Shown here piece by piece: positions 21,601 through 31,835 of a stretch of 64,000 nucleotides of DNA. The notes under the pieces were generated by a model. That model made no database searches, was not told where the DNA came from, and saw nothing but the letters and a program-made list of their open reading frames with translations. Location: positions 37,978 to 101,977 of the forward strand of contig VRVR01000035.1 in NCBI GenBank assembly GCA_009859145.1. The letters run 5' to 3'. Every line of letters begins with the position of its first letter. Position 1 is the first letter of the stretch. The DNA comes from Andalucia godoyi And28 (lineage: Eukaryota; Protista; Jakobida). The position numbers were made by a program, and so were the translations under genes.

Positions 21601-24063
21601 GCTCACAATTTCAAAAGGCAGCGTCACTCCACGTTGCCTGTCCGAAGCGGACTGCGTCCTGGAAATCGTTTTTGAATCTTGGAAATCGCGGTCAACGATA
21701 TCGGACGAGATCGGTTGCAGAATATACGTTCGACACAGAGCAAAGTAGATGATAACAAAGATACAAACCATTGCGAACGTAAAGAATAACGCCACTCGAA
21801 GACGAGACATCGAAGGGAGCATTTTGGAGCGCACAGAGATTTTCCATTCTTCATTCTGACTCTCTGACGGAGCATCGGAAAACCCATTCACAGACGAGAT
21901 GGATCCGCTTCGACCATTCGCAGTTTGATGCCACGGACTCGTTGGGGTGGTCAAAGATAACCTAGAATGGATCTCGCTCATGTCGCTGAACATGGGCGAC
22001 GGAATGCCGTCGGCTCGACGATCGGCTTCCAGTCGGTCCGCTTCGTCTCTCAACACTTTTGCGTGGTTCGGATCTTGATCAACGGAGAGCGCCCAGCTGG
22101 CACGGCATCTCCACGTCTCCGGAGCAAGCGGCTCCACTTTCGACAACATCATTAGCAAGGAAGCACCGCGGTCCTTGAAGTACCGAATGGCACTGATAAT
22201 CTGCCAACGCCTCGCAGCATCCGCCTCAATCTGTTGTTCTCGGCCCATAAAGCGGCCTACTCGTTTTTGGATACTGATCGTGGACGACTGCATCACTTCC
22301 TTCCAGAAGAGAATGTACAAGGAGAGAATTCGCGACCGGTATTTCTCGATTCGCGCTTTGGTGTTTTCAATGTCCTTGAACGACCACACCCGGTTCACGA
22401 GCCCAGACGTATCCAGCTTCAGCATCTGGATGGTAAAGAGCTCGTACAACAGCGGCCACGACACAATGTTGAAGCTGGAGTTGTTGAGAAGAATGGGCAT
22501 CGCATTCTGCAACTCCAGCAAGTACGTGGTGAGAACCGAATGCTTATGGCACAGCTCCAGGCAAGCCTGGCAGAACTGAATGCCCATGAACGTCGAACGG
22601 CTATACTTTGAGTACGCGGTCGAATAGAGTCGCAAGATCCGACTGGCATCCACAATCCACATATGATTATAATCAGGAGACCTTCCTTGACTGAGGATCT
22701 TCTGCATGAAACACCGCATCCTGATCTCACACGAGATGACGTTCAGAGTGGACTTAATTCTGCTGGTGAAGAACGAGACTTCGGCAGGGGAACCCGAGTT
22801 GATTTCCCCAGCCGCCGCATACTCGTGCATGACGTGGCTCCCTTCGAAGAATGTTTTGATGCTGGATGGCGCAAAGGAGATTCGCCGTGGTGCAGGACTG
22901 GCAGCATGTTCAAGAGCGCCATTGTCAGCCGATCTTTCGCCAAACTCGGAATGCGACACGCCTTCTCCAATCGTGGAAGACACGGCAACAGGGGCAAGGG
23001 AGCCTGACATGTTCAGCTTTCTGCGCGCTCCGGAAGGCGATGTAGAATTCGGATCCACTGGTGACGAAATGGATCGGCCAGAGGCAGTGGTCTTTTCCGC
23101 GATGGCAGTGTACCAATCAAATGGTTGATACGATCGGCAGTGATAGAACACGATTCCATACAGCAGAATTCCGAGCAACGCTGAACAAACGATCGACGCA
23201 GCGAACCATTCCCAAGACCACGAGGATCCCGTGTACCCATGCAAAGCCGCCGACACTCCGATGAAGATGTAGCAGCTTCCCACGCAAATGTTTGACAAAA
23301 TCCATCGATATGGGATGAACACCAAAAGGTAGAGAATGAACGCACCAACGACGATTGGCGTACCAATGGTAAACACTGGGGCTCCGGTGCCCAGAGAACA
23401 CAGATGAAACAGCACAATCGACAGTTCTGCAAATTGCTCCAGCATTCCGACCACGTTGTTCACCGTCGAATGGAACAGAGGAAATACGAGCGTGATGTCC
23501 CCGCAGAAGAAGCGAAACGCAGGGAGCCACAGCAACAAGAGCAGGGAAACCTGCACGAGCAATAGTACAACAAGCGGGTCCGCAGCGTATCCCAGATCGG
23601 ATTCGTCCACCTTCAGCAGGAGCAACATTAGGACGTAGAGTCCAAAGAAGGTAGCATGCTGGAACCACAGACATCTGCTCAAGTATGAAATAACGCGGGA
23701 GCCTGGTCTTCCGGTCTTTTGAACCTGGAAATAGAACCAGAAAGAGCAAAGAATCGTCAGTGCAAACACCGACAAGGAAACGCCGCCGAGAGCTTCTAGG
23801 ACAACGCGTCCCGCACCGGTCCGCAGACTCGAGCTGTCCGCGTAGAAAGGGTAGAACGCAAACAGCAAAAGAAACAACAAACGAATGATCAGCAGCCACG
23901 AGGGGATCGGAGCAGTACTCCGAATAACATTTCCGACTTCAAAGGCTTTCCGCAACCCGGGTCTCTTTGAAATGTAACTTCCATAGTCGAATCCGGAAGT
24001 CAGCGACACCAGCGACGGGCTCACTGACGGGTCAATCGAAGGGCGTCCACCTGATTGTACCAT
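18634..24063 (-). CDS. Large multi-pass class III adenylyl cyclase, paralogue 2 (tandem duplicate)
   Basis: IFQDIVSFT, KIKVMGDG, RVGIHTG, LDVFGATVNMSSRMES. Colinear with paralogue 1 (e.g. VTLPFEIVSRIRRxVSKW, PAKLDKVFEELLYYYT identical). Confidence 0.92.
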   Translation of the reverse strand: MVQSGGRPSIDPSVSPSLVSLTSGFDYGSYISKRPGLRKAFEVGNVIRSTAPIPSWLLIIRLLFLLLFAFYPFYADSSSLRTGAGRVVLEALGGVSLSVFALTILCSFWFYFQVQKTGRPGSRVISYLSRCLWFQHATFFGLYVLMLLLLKVDESDLGYAADPLVVLLLVQVSLLLLLWLPAFRFFCGDITLVFPLFHSTVNNVVGMLEQFAELSIVLFHLCSLGTGAPVFTIGTPIVVGAFILYLLVFIPYRWILSNICVGSCYIFIGVSAALHGYTGSSWSWEWFAASIVCSALLGILLYGIVFYHCRSYQPFDWYTAIAEKTTASGRSISSPVDPNSTSPSGARRKLNMSGSLAPVAVSSTIGEGVSHSEFGERSADNGALEHAASPAPRRISFAPSSIKTFFEGSHVMHEYAAAGEINSGSPAEVSFFTSRIKSTLNVISCEIRMRCFMQKILSQGRSPDYNHMWIVDASRILRLYSTAYSKYSRSTFMGIQFCQACLELCHKHSVLTTYLLELQNAMPILLNNSSFNIVSWPLLYELFTIQMLKLDTSGLVNRVWSFKDIENTKARIEKYRSRILSLYILFWKEVMQSSTISIQKRVGRFMGREQQIEADAARRWQIISAIRYFKDRGASLLMMLSKVEPLAPETWRCRASWALSVDQDPNHAKVLRDEADRLEADRRADGIPSPMFSDMSEIHSRLSLTTPTSPWHQTANGRSGSISSVNGFSDAPSESQNEEWKISVRSKMLPSMSRLRVALFFTFAMVCIFVIIYFALCRTYILQPISSDIVDRDFQDSKTISRTQSASDRQRGVTLPFEIVSRIRRAVSKWSTLSRMFVTFTELPRDTTTGLSTMRFLNRHLTDSATKITDMHRQLKDSDVAVFSTDIQDKMSKLNVASVQNSSLLPAVITSMVQYYVFDDTALSNAAILESFVATLGTVARCVADPDRQTAYLNFSSSILISSLGSCSAAGVSLWYNGLTSYKDSIQRVQESYQDATQAYITRVLIISLTFSLGFALIAGFFCIGFIYVSLRAHNKQMNWLLLLPSAIDPSLVRPVFSRLFTGGAEGIRNASGIEDYNPASSRHLLDTQRYLLGSASSSAFLTSQFSTFRSQLMTIIFGIVVIFLYSQIFTVFLVMHLVDSLHAMYQTRYLTNSEALLWKSISYASELYYQAYLSTPFPKTVSVSSIVAAEEAMTEFYRLVDGDTSIDSPGVIHMTATLRGTVLNPAHLSAFSEYPDTTGTSLAIDMANIFTEIVSVATTQPGALPTSFFWTRIAPRLFAWLPAKLDKVFEELLYYYTNRTDLYRSAADGFFGAAFVLFPFIFFLCFWRPISVLRDEEKMIRKAYSTLDTNAVFSSETVLRFVRENKVDSDLSALSSDHHGADSENVDRSLSTGELLMNRSKEFRDLCPFPFLEASCNAATIRESSTITDPVLTFHNLACAQFMRKPAAFFDAQPKLSEIFAEAPDVRSNQSFQSFLTHIRSPWLTFTGDTRQFIMMLLCSRDDVDGGDAKIEGVLCSVTVVTCVDPLIHILNHAVPNQVRFGLSIRDLSDENRVADLIERVRESNIHNLENFVPSAVTRVVNEWLDDNTRSSADEESEQTNRNKNKIAYQHKDVSCIFQDIVSFTPLCSQLTPVQVVDLLTELYSRYDEAAKKYNVMKIKVMGDGSMWVSGMTFGDELPADKIVAAHNAVNFAFEMIRIANEMRVRFSDGTEKQLHVRVGIHTGELTSGVISNKLPVLDVFGATVNMSSRMESTSQSDRVHISHQTYKLVYDKFACTRRQPRVELKGIRYTDDTFFVSPANSNTPFFG

Positions 24064-25670
24064 GTCGGAGCCACAACGGTGCGGTTACAAACACACAAAC
24101 ACACAAGCACACAAACAGAAAACAAATATTTTCAGGATCGAAGCGACGGTTCGGAGGGGAAACCCGTGCAGATCAAAACAAACGGCACGCTTATTAAGAA
24201 AGACGCGGAAAGGTTAGCACAAGTCGAGCTGATGAAAAGATGGATGACAGCAAGCACTTCAGTTCGATTCACAAAAGGAAAAGACAACCGAGATGATCTA
24301 AATAACAAAATGAGAAGTGCTTTTCTGTTTGTTTTTTCTGGCAGGAAGGAGGGGGTTCGGTTGTTGTTGAGCGAGAGAAAACGACGACGAGGTCCGTCCT
24401 CCGTTGTCGTTTTTGCAAATGATTTGAGAGACGACAAACACGGGGAAGGAAAATGCTCCAGCGTTTCTACCAAGTGACAAAAAAGGGTTGTGATCGTACG
24501 GGTGGTTGGCAAACAAGGACAATGCAAGCAGATTGTGCTAACAATCCCTTCGGCAAAGTCTACCAAGTGCGAAGCAGACATCGGTACAAGAGCAAACGAA
24601 GTGGGGAGAGTTCTTGCTGATGTGTACTGTCAAGATCTATCAAGTGGAGACATTCACCAGCGGGTGTGGAAATCGAAGCATGTGAGCAGCACCGGAACTG
24701 CTTCTCGTGGGCAAGAGAATCCTCTGTCGTGCGCGAGCACATGCCTTTCTGGGCAACGAGCAGGAGTTCCGTATCTGCAAGATGACTCCCACCATCCTGG
24801 TGGAGACAATGGCCTGACCAGATGCGGGGCTTCAGCAGCTTTCCAGACGCCTCAGCAGCAGTCGAAGCAAACTCCATCGGCCCCCCGGATCGCCCAAGCA
24901 GAATGGATGGGGGTTCGCCTTTCCGAACACTCGGAACACGGATTTTTGATTGTTTCTTTTTGGCGATTGGGGGAAATCGTGAGACTTTTTGTAATCACTG
25001 TTGGCACCCTCCAAGCCGGAGCACAAGCCAGCTGGGAAATACCGATGACGCTCGTCTCTCAGCCTCCCTAAAAACAAAGCAAAAAGGCCTTCCAGGCTTG
25101 AAGCCTCGGCCTGCATTCAACACGAGCACACCAAACACCACCACTGTTGAATGCCGCCGAGTGTGCCATGATCGCTGCTGCTGCCGCCGCCGCCGCAGCA
25201 GCAGTCGGTGCAGCCGGATCGACTGCGAAGCTCAACGCATGATTGTCACCGCATTTTCCTTTTTTAATGTATTTATTATTTTTTTTTTGGTCCCTTTTCA
25301 CACAACAGGCAGAACGCAAGGCAGACAACCGGGATGCATCGCTGGGCTGCTGGAACCCGCAGAAGACAAAGCCTGGCAGCACCCGATCCTGTACGTACTT
25401 GGAAACGTCTCTGCGTCTTTGTCTGCTCATCAGCACCAGCCGCCTCTCTCGGAAACCTGCTGTAATTCGCTCTACCGGGTTTTACCGCCAGATGGAAAAC
25501 ATGCTGCAGAAACACGTCGATTCCAAGCGAATTGCTCCATTCTTTGATACATGTCTTTCATGTTTTCTTTCAACACGTTCGTTTTTCTTCCCACCTCTCC
25601 GTGTCGATTTCTGAAAAATTCCAGAATCTGGAGGAGAAAAAATAATAATAATAAAAAGTAAGGGCTGGAA

Positions 25671-26669
25671 ATGCGACCTGCTGCTAACACGAAATCGGGA
25701 TCGGAACGAACCGAGTTGACCGAGAGCCAGCTGTCGGAAGCGTCATTCGAGGCGTCGGAGGCGTCGTCGTCGTCTTCTTCTTCGTCGTCGTCGCTGATTC
25801 CGGAAGATCTTCGGATGACGGTGTCTCAGCCTCGCAAGCTGTACGAGTCGCTGAGTGCGCTGAAGTGGAGCACTCCACAGCCGATGATTACAGTTGTTGC
25901 GACGCCAGAAGTTTTCAAAGTGCAGTCGGTTTCTGATGATCTGGGGTATTTTGCGTCTCTTGGGATTTCGCATGAGTTCTTCTCCAAGTACTCGCTTATT
26001 TCGCGCTCTGTGACGTTTTCTGTTAACTTGGTCCCGCTGCTCGATGCACTCAACTTGTACTCCCAGCAGTCCGTCACCGTTACCTATCCCGTCGGTGATG
26101 CGCAGCTGCGGCTGTCTGTCGAGGAACAAGGAGTCATGAGCCAGTGTCTTATTCGAACGCGTGTGTCTTCCATGGAGCGGATTCCCACCATCAATTTTCT
26201 CCAGCACCGCAAGATTGTGTCGTGCTATGCACTTACGGCATATCTCAAGGACGCCTTGCGGGACATTGACTGGTGCGACGATGTGGTTCAGATCAGCTTC
26301 TCGAGCACGGACTCGAAACCCAGTCTCATGATCCGTGCATCTGGATCCGCTGGAACGCTGGATGTGTGCTTCTGGGATCGCGACATCGTCATTTCGGCGC
26401 TGGAGATCCATCGAGGCTTCCCAATCGTCGAGTTTGACTATCTCCGCAAACATCTCGTGGCAATGGCGCGGTCACTCGGTCTGTCTGCAAACTGCAGAAT
26501 CCGCGTCAACCAAAAGGGAGTCTTGAATGTACAGGTCCTGCTGGATATGGCCGGCACCGCGGAAAAGAAAAGTTATTTTGAAGCATTCTTGCTTGCCGTC
26601 AGACCCGATGATATCCACCGCAGTCACGACGCCGTCGACCATGCCGATGGCACCAACGACGACCAATGA
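25671..26669 (+). CDS. RAD1: 9-1-1 checkpoint clamp subunit Rad1/Rec1
   Basis: PCNA-fold pattern matching Rad1: VTFSVNLVPLLDALNLY, LRLSVEEQGVMSQCLIRT, YLKDALRDIDWCDDVVQIS, ASGSAG, RIRVNQKGVLNVQ. Confidence 0.85.
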   Translation: MRPAANTKSGSERTELTESQLSEASFEASEASSSSSSSSSSLIPEDLRMTVSQPRKLYESLSALKWSTPQPMITVVATPEVFKVQSVSDDLGYFASLGISHEFFSKYSLISRSVTFSVNLVPLLDALNLYSQQSVTVTYPVGDAQLRLSVEEQGVMSQCLIRTRVSSMERIPTINFLQHRKIVSCYALTAYLKDALRDIDWCDDVVQISFSSTDSKPSLMIRASGSAGTLDVCFWDRDIVISALEIHRGFPIVEFDYLRKHLVAMARSLGLSANCRIRVNQKGVLNVQVLLDMAGTAEKKSYFEAFLLAVRPDDIHRSHDAVDHADGTNDDQ

Positions 26670-27547
26670 TAGTGACAGTGACAGTGTCCCCATTGACCTT
26701 CCAGCTTCCCTGGCCACCGTCGGCAACGTTTGAGCTGCTCTCCTCGTGTTCTGTTTTCGTTTTCATCATCGTCTTGAGAAAACACTTGAAACCCCTAGGT
26801 TCCATCCGGTTTGAAGCTAAATCGAAACGAGAATCTCCCCCTCTTCCACGATTTCGCGTTTTGTTTGTTCTTGTTTTTCGTTCCGAGTATTGGTGACTCT
26901 TGGAGACACGTTCGAAACTGCACGAGCCGGCAGAAGGGAAGAAAACGTCGCATTGGAGTCAGGACTGCACGCCAGATGCGGACGTGGAGCCACTTTCAAT
27001 TTCGCCCACAGGCTGCTGCACAAGGCGAGGGGGTATGCAACCGCTATAGTGCTCCGATGTCCAGCATGTGCAGCGATGATGGATCGCGCAACATCTCTTT
27101 GAAGAACACAGTGTGCGTGCATGCAATTTGTACCAACATTATAGCCAATTGGTATCGATGCAGTGTATCGCAGGCGCCACGGACTCGTTCGGTCGTCTGC
27201 TTTTTCTCAGAGGATCTGCTGTAAAAAAAAAACCCCCCAAGCTCAGCGGGGCATGTGTCAACTGTCAAGTGCAGGTGCAAGTGATCCGTTCTGCTTGCCA
27301 AAGAAGATTGTTCGACTTTGCATGGCGCTTCTCTGATGTCTCTCTGGCTTTGTTTCTGTTTGTGCTCGGATTCGCAAGTTTGTCTTGCTGTGTTTGATTT
27401 TTCTTTCTTCGTATTTGTTGCTGTTGTTGTTGTTTTTGGTTTGATATATATATTATTTTTTTGCTTTCTCGTGTTTTCTCCTCCACGATACTCCGATCTC
27501 TTCTGCCGTTTCGTGCATTCTTGTTCAAATCGTCACACTCTCTGAAA

Positions 27548-27841
27548 ATGAAAGTCGGTGGTACCACTGCAGCCCGCGCCCCTGTTTCAGAAGACCACGA
27601 ACTAGTCGGTAAGATCCGAGCAGATCTCGAAGCTCCTCGCGATTCCAAGTTTTCTCATTTTGAATGCCTGTCTGTGGCCTCGCAGGTCGTCGCGGGAATC
27701 AACTACTTTTTCAAGATCCTCATTGACGCAGAAAAGGGCGAGTGTGTTCACGTTCGTGTCTACAAGGATCTTCAGGGAAATGTCAAGATCGCCGGAATCC
27801 AGGAGCACAAGTCCCGAGAGGATGAACTGAAGTATTTCTAA
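27548..27841 (+). CDS. Type-1 cystatin (stefin-like) cysteine protease inhibitor, 97 aa
   Basis: N-terminal GG, central QVVAGINYFFK, HVRVY, C-terminal KSREDELKYF; no signal peptide. Confidence 0.93.
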   Translation: MKVGGTTAARAPVSEDHELVGKIRADLEAPRDSKFSHFECLSVASQVVAGINYFFKILIDAEKGECVHVRVYKDLQGNVKIAGIQEHKSREDELKYF

Positions 27842-28009
27842 TGCTTGCTTGCTGCTGGGAAGAAAAATACATTTCAACTTGAAAATACATAATAAATATC
27901 GTGTTTTCATTCTGGCAGAACAAGACATTGTCGGAGTTAGGCCGTTTGGCCCCCGCTCTTTCATTTTTCCCCTTCCCCCATCTTCATCGTTGTTTTTCTT
28001 GGTTGCACA

Positions 28010-29851
<1,842 letters not shown>

Positions 29852-30388
29852 TTTTTTTTTCCTCTTACTGTTTCCACACCTCTCGATCTCCAGCTTTTTG
29901 ACCTCGGACCGATCTCCCACCGACAATTAACTAATTTAATTAATCCAAAGTAATAAAACCAAAAATAAAATAACAAATTATTATTATTATTATTACGATT
30001 GTGATTGTCATTATTTACATTTGCAGCAATACTGAATCAATAAGGTTTCCAAAAAGTCCTTTTATTCAGTATATTCATCTGCTTCTCCAATGAATTGAAT
30101 CCCTTTTCCAGTCGGCATTATTTTTTTCCCTCACCGAGTCTCACTTGATGCTACGGCACCTTTTCTGCAGCTCCGGTGATCGAAATGGGACAGGGAAAAG
30201 GGCGGATAAAACGCTCGTACGGAGAAGACGAATTCGCTCATTTTGAAAAGCCAAAATGATCCAAAATGAAAAGTTTGCTGCGATTTTTTATTTTATTAAT
30301 TAATTATTATTTTTTCCAGTTATTTGGATGCATGTACTTATTAATGAAATAGTGGATTAGAAGAGATAGGAAGAGAGAAAAGAGAGGA

Positions 30389-31348
30389 ATGTCATCACAG
30401 CGCCATGGATCGCAAAAGACGCGGGGTCCCGCGCATCAGAACAAGACGGCGTTCAAGCATAACAAAAAGTCGCAGAAGACCGCGATGATTCTGTCGCTGC
30501 CGAACGAAGGGCTGTGCTCTCGGTGCCATGACATCATAGTGTGGAGAAAGCAGTACCGCAAATACAAGCCTCTTACAAAGCCCGGGACGTGTGCGACGTG
30601 CAAACAGCGAAGTGTAAAGCATGCATATCACACAATCTGCCAAGGATGCGCGTCGCTGAAGGGTTGCTGTGCAAAGTGTTTGGAGGTCAAGGAGCTTGTT
30701 TCGGATCCAAAGGCGCAGCGCAAAGAAGCAGCAATGGAGGAGGAGGAGTTGCTTAAGAATCTTCAATTTATGAAGGAGCGCGAACGAAGACGGATTCTCA
30801 GACAACTCGACAAGGGCGAGATCTCTGCGGACGAGCTCAAGGCCAGGCTCGACGGTCTTGAACTCGCAGGCGGAGGCAGTATGGGCGATTTCGACGACGA
30901 CAATGGGGATGACGATTTCGACGACGACGACGACGACGACGACGATGATGATGATGATGATGATGATGACGATGACGATGATGACGAGGAGAAGAAGAAA
31001 ATTGTGCCGAAAAGGAAGCAGCCGGTTCAGAAATCGAGAAAACATCAAGGGGCGCTAGATGAAGATCTTGAGGATGCGGCTGCGTTTGCAAGAAAGCACG
31101 GTCTCCTTCCACGGCCGCATCACGCAGACGCTGCGCCCCGGTCATCTGCTACTGCAAAACCAGTGGATGCAAAGACCATCGTCAAGGAATCTGCCGGTGC
31201 GAAGGAACCGGTGCCGGTTCTTGTCGAAGAAATGGTTGAAAAGGACGAACAGGAGGATGGTGAGGACGACGAAGATGACTTTGGTGACGAAGATGACTTT
31301 GATGACGAAGAGGATGATGAACTGGAAGAGGATGAGGAGGATGTATAG
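30389..31348 (+). CDS. C9orf85: DUF2039 / C9orf85-like zinc-binding protein with long acidic tail
   Basis: MSSQ...HQNKTAFK, GLCSRCHDIIVWRKQYRKYKPLTKPGTCATCKQRSVKHAYHTICQGCASLKGCCAKC; poly-Asp (GAC)n(GAT)n near 30895-30985. Confidence 0.85.
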   Translation: MSSQRHGSQKTRGPAHQNKTAFKHNKKSQKTAMILSLPNEGLCSRCHDIIVWRKQYRKYKPLTKPGTCATCKQRSVKHAYHTICQGCASLKGCCAKCLEVKELVSDPKAQRKEAAMEEEELLKNLQFMKERERRRILRQLDKGEISADELKARLDGLELAGGGSMGDFDDDNGDDDFDDDDDDDDDDDDDDDDDDDDDDEEKKKIVPKRKQPVQKSRKHQGALDEDLEDAAAFARKHGLLPRPHHADAAPRSSATAKPVDAKTIVKESAGAKEPVPVLVEEMVEKDEQEDGEDDEDDFGDEDDFDDEEDDELEEDEEDV

Positions 31349-31835
31349 ACTTTGCGTATAAACCACCATGTTGCGAGTGACCATATGAAGAAGTATCCGG
31401 GACCGATCGCAAGCAAGTGAACCTTGACATCCATCTTCCTGCATACATAAGCAAACCGTCTCTCGTTTTCTGAATGTTCCAACTGTTGTCCTAATAGCCC
31501 ACTAACCTGGATATTTCAGACAATGCTATTCTTCCGTTCGCCGTATTTCATTTACACCAATCCACGTCATCACTCTGACGTCCCCCGTCATCTTGGGCCC
31601 GTCTGGATGAAGAGACTGGAATGGGTGCGCGCAACATCTATTGGAAGAATGCTTCGGCGTGATGGGGGTCTGCCCTCCCTTCTGAATTAAATTCACACTC
31701 GGTTCTGGTGCAAAACTGCATAAGGATGGCAGCAATGATTCGCTATGCTTCCTGTACAACGTAGGCGATGAAAGGATGCTTTTAATCATTCTTCATTAAT
31801 TTCCACAACAACAATCAAAAAAAACGTATAAAAAA

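Noticed and set aside
24560-25231. Minus frame ...LGGCQQ-TGA-LQKV... giving a CxxU-like selenoprotein motif (TGA at 24995-24997)
   Set aside because: No in-frame ATG between the upstream stop and the TGA, no thioredoxin-fold context, and no SECIS recognised; likely chance. A SECISearch hit plus Cys-containing homologues would revive it.
26905-26925. GTTCGAAAC resembling a tRNA T-loop
   Set aside because: Flanks do not form a T-stem or cloverleaf.
27044-27301. LHMLDIGAL, resembling SAM-binding motif I of Bmt2-like methyltransferases
   Set aside because: A stop follows immediately and no downstream methyltransferase motifs appear in any frame.
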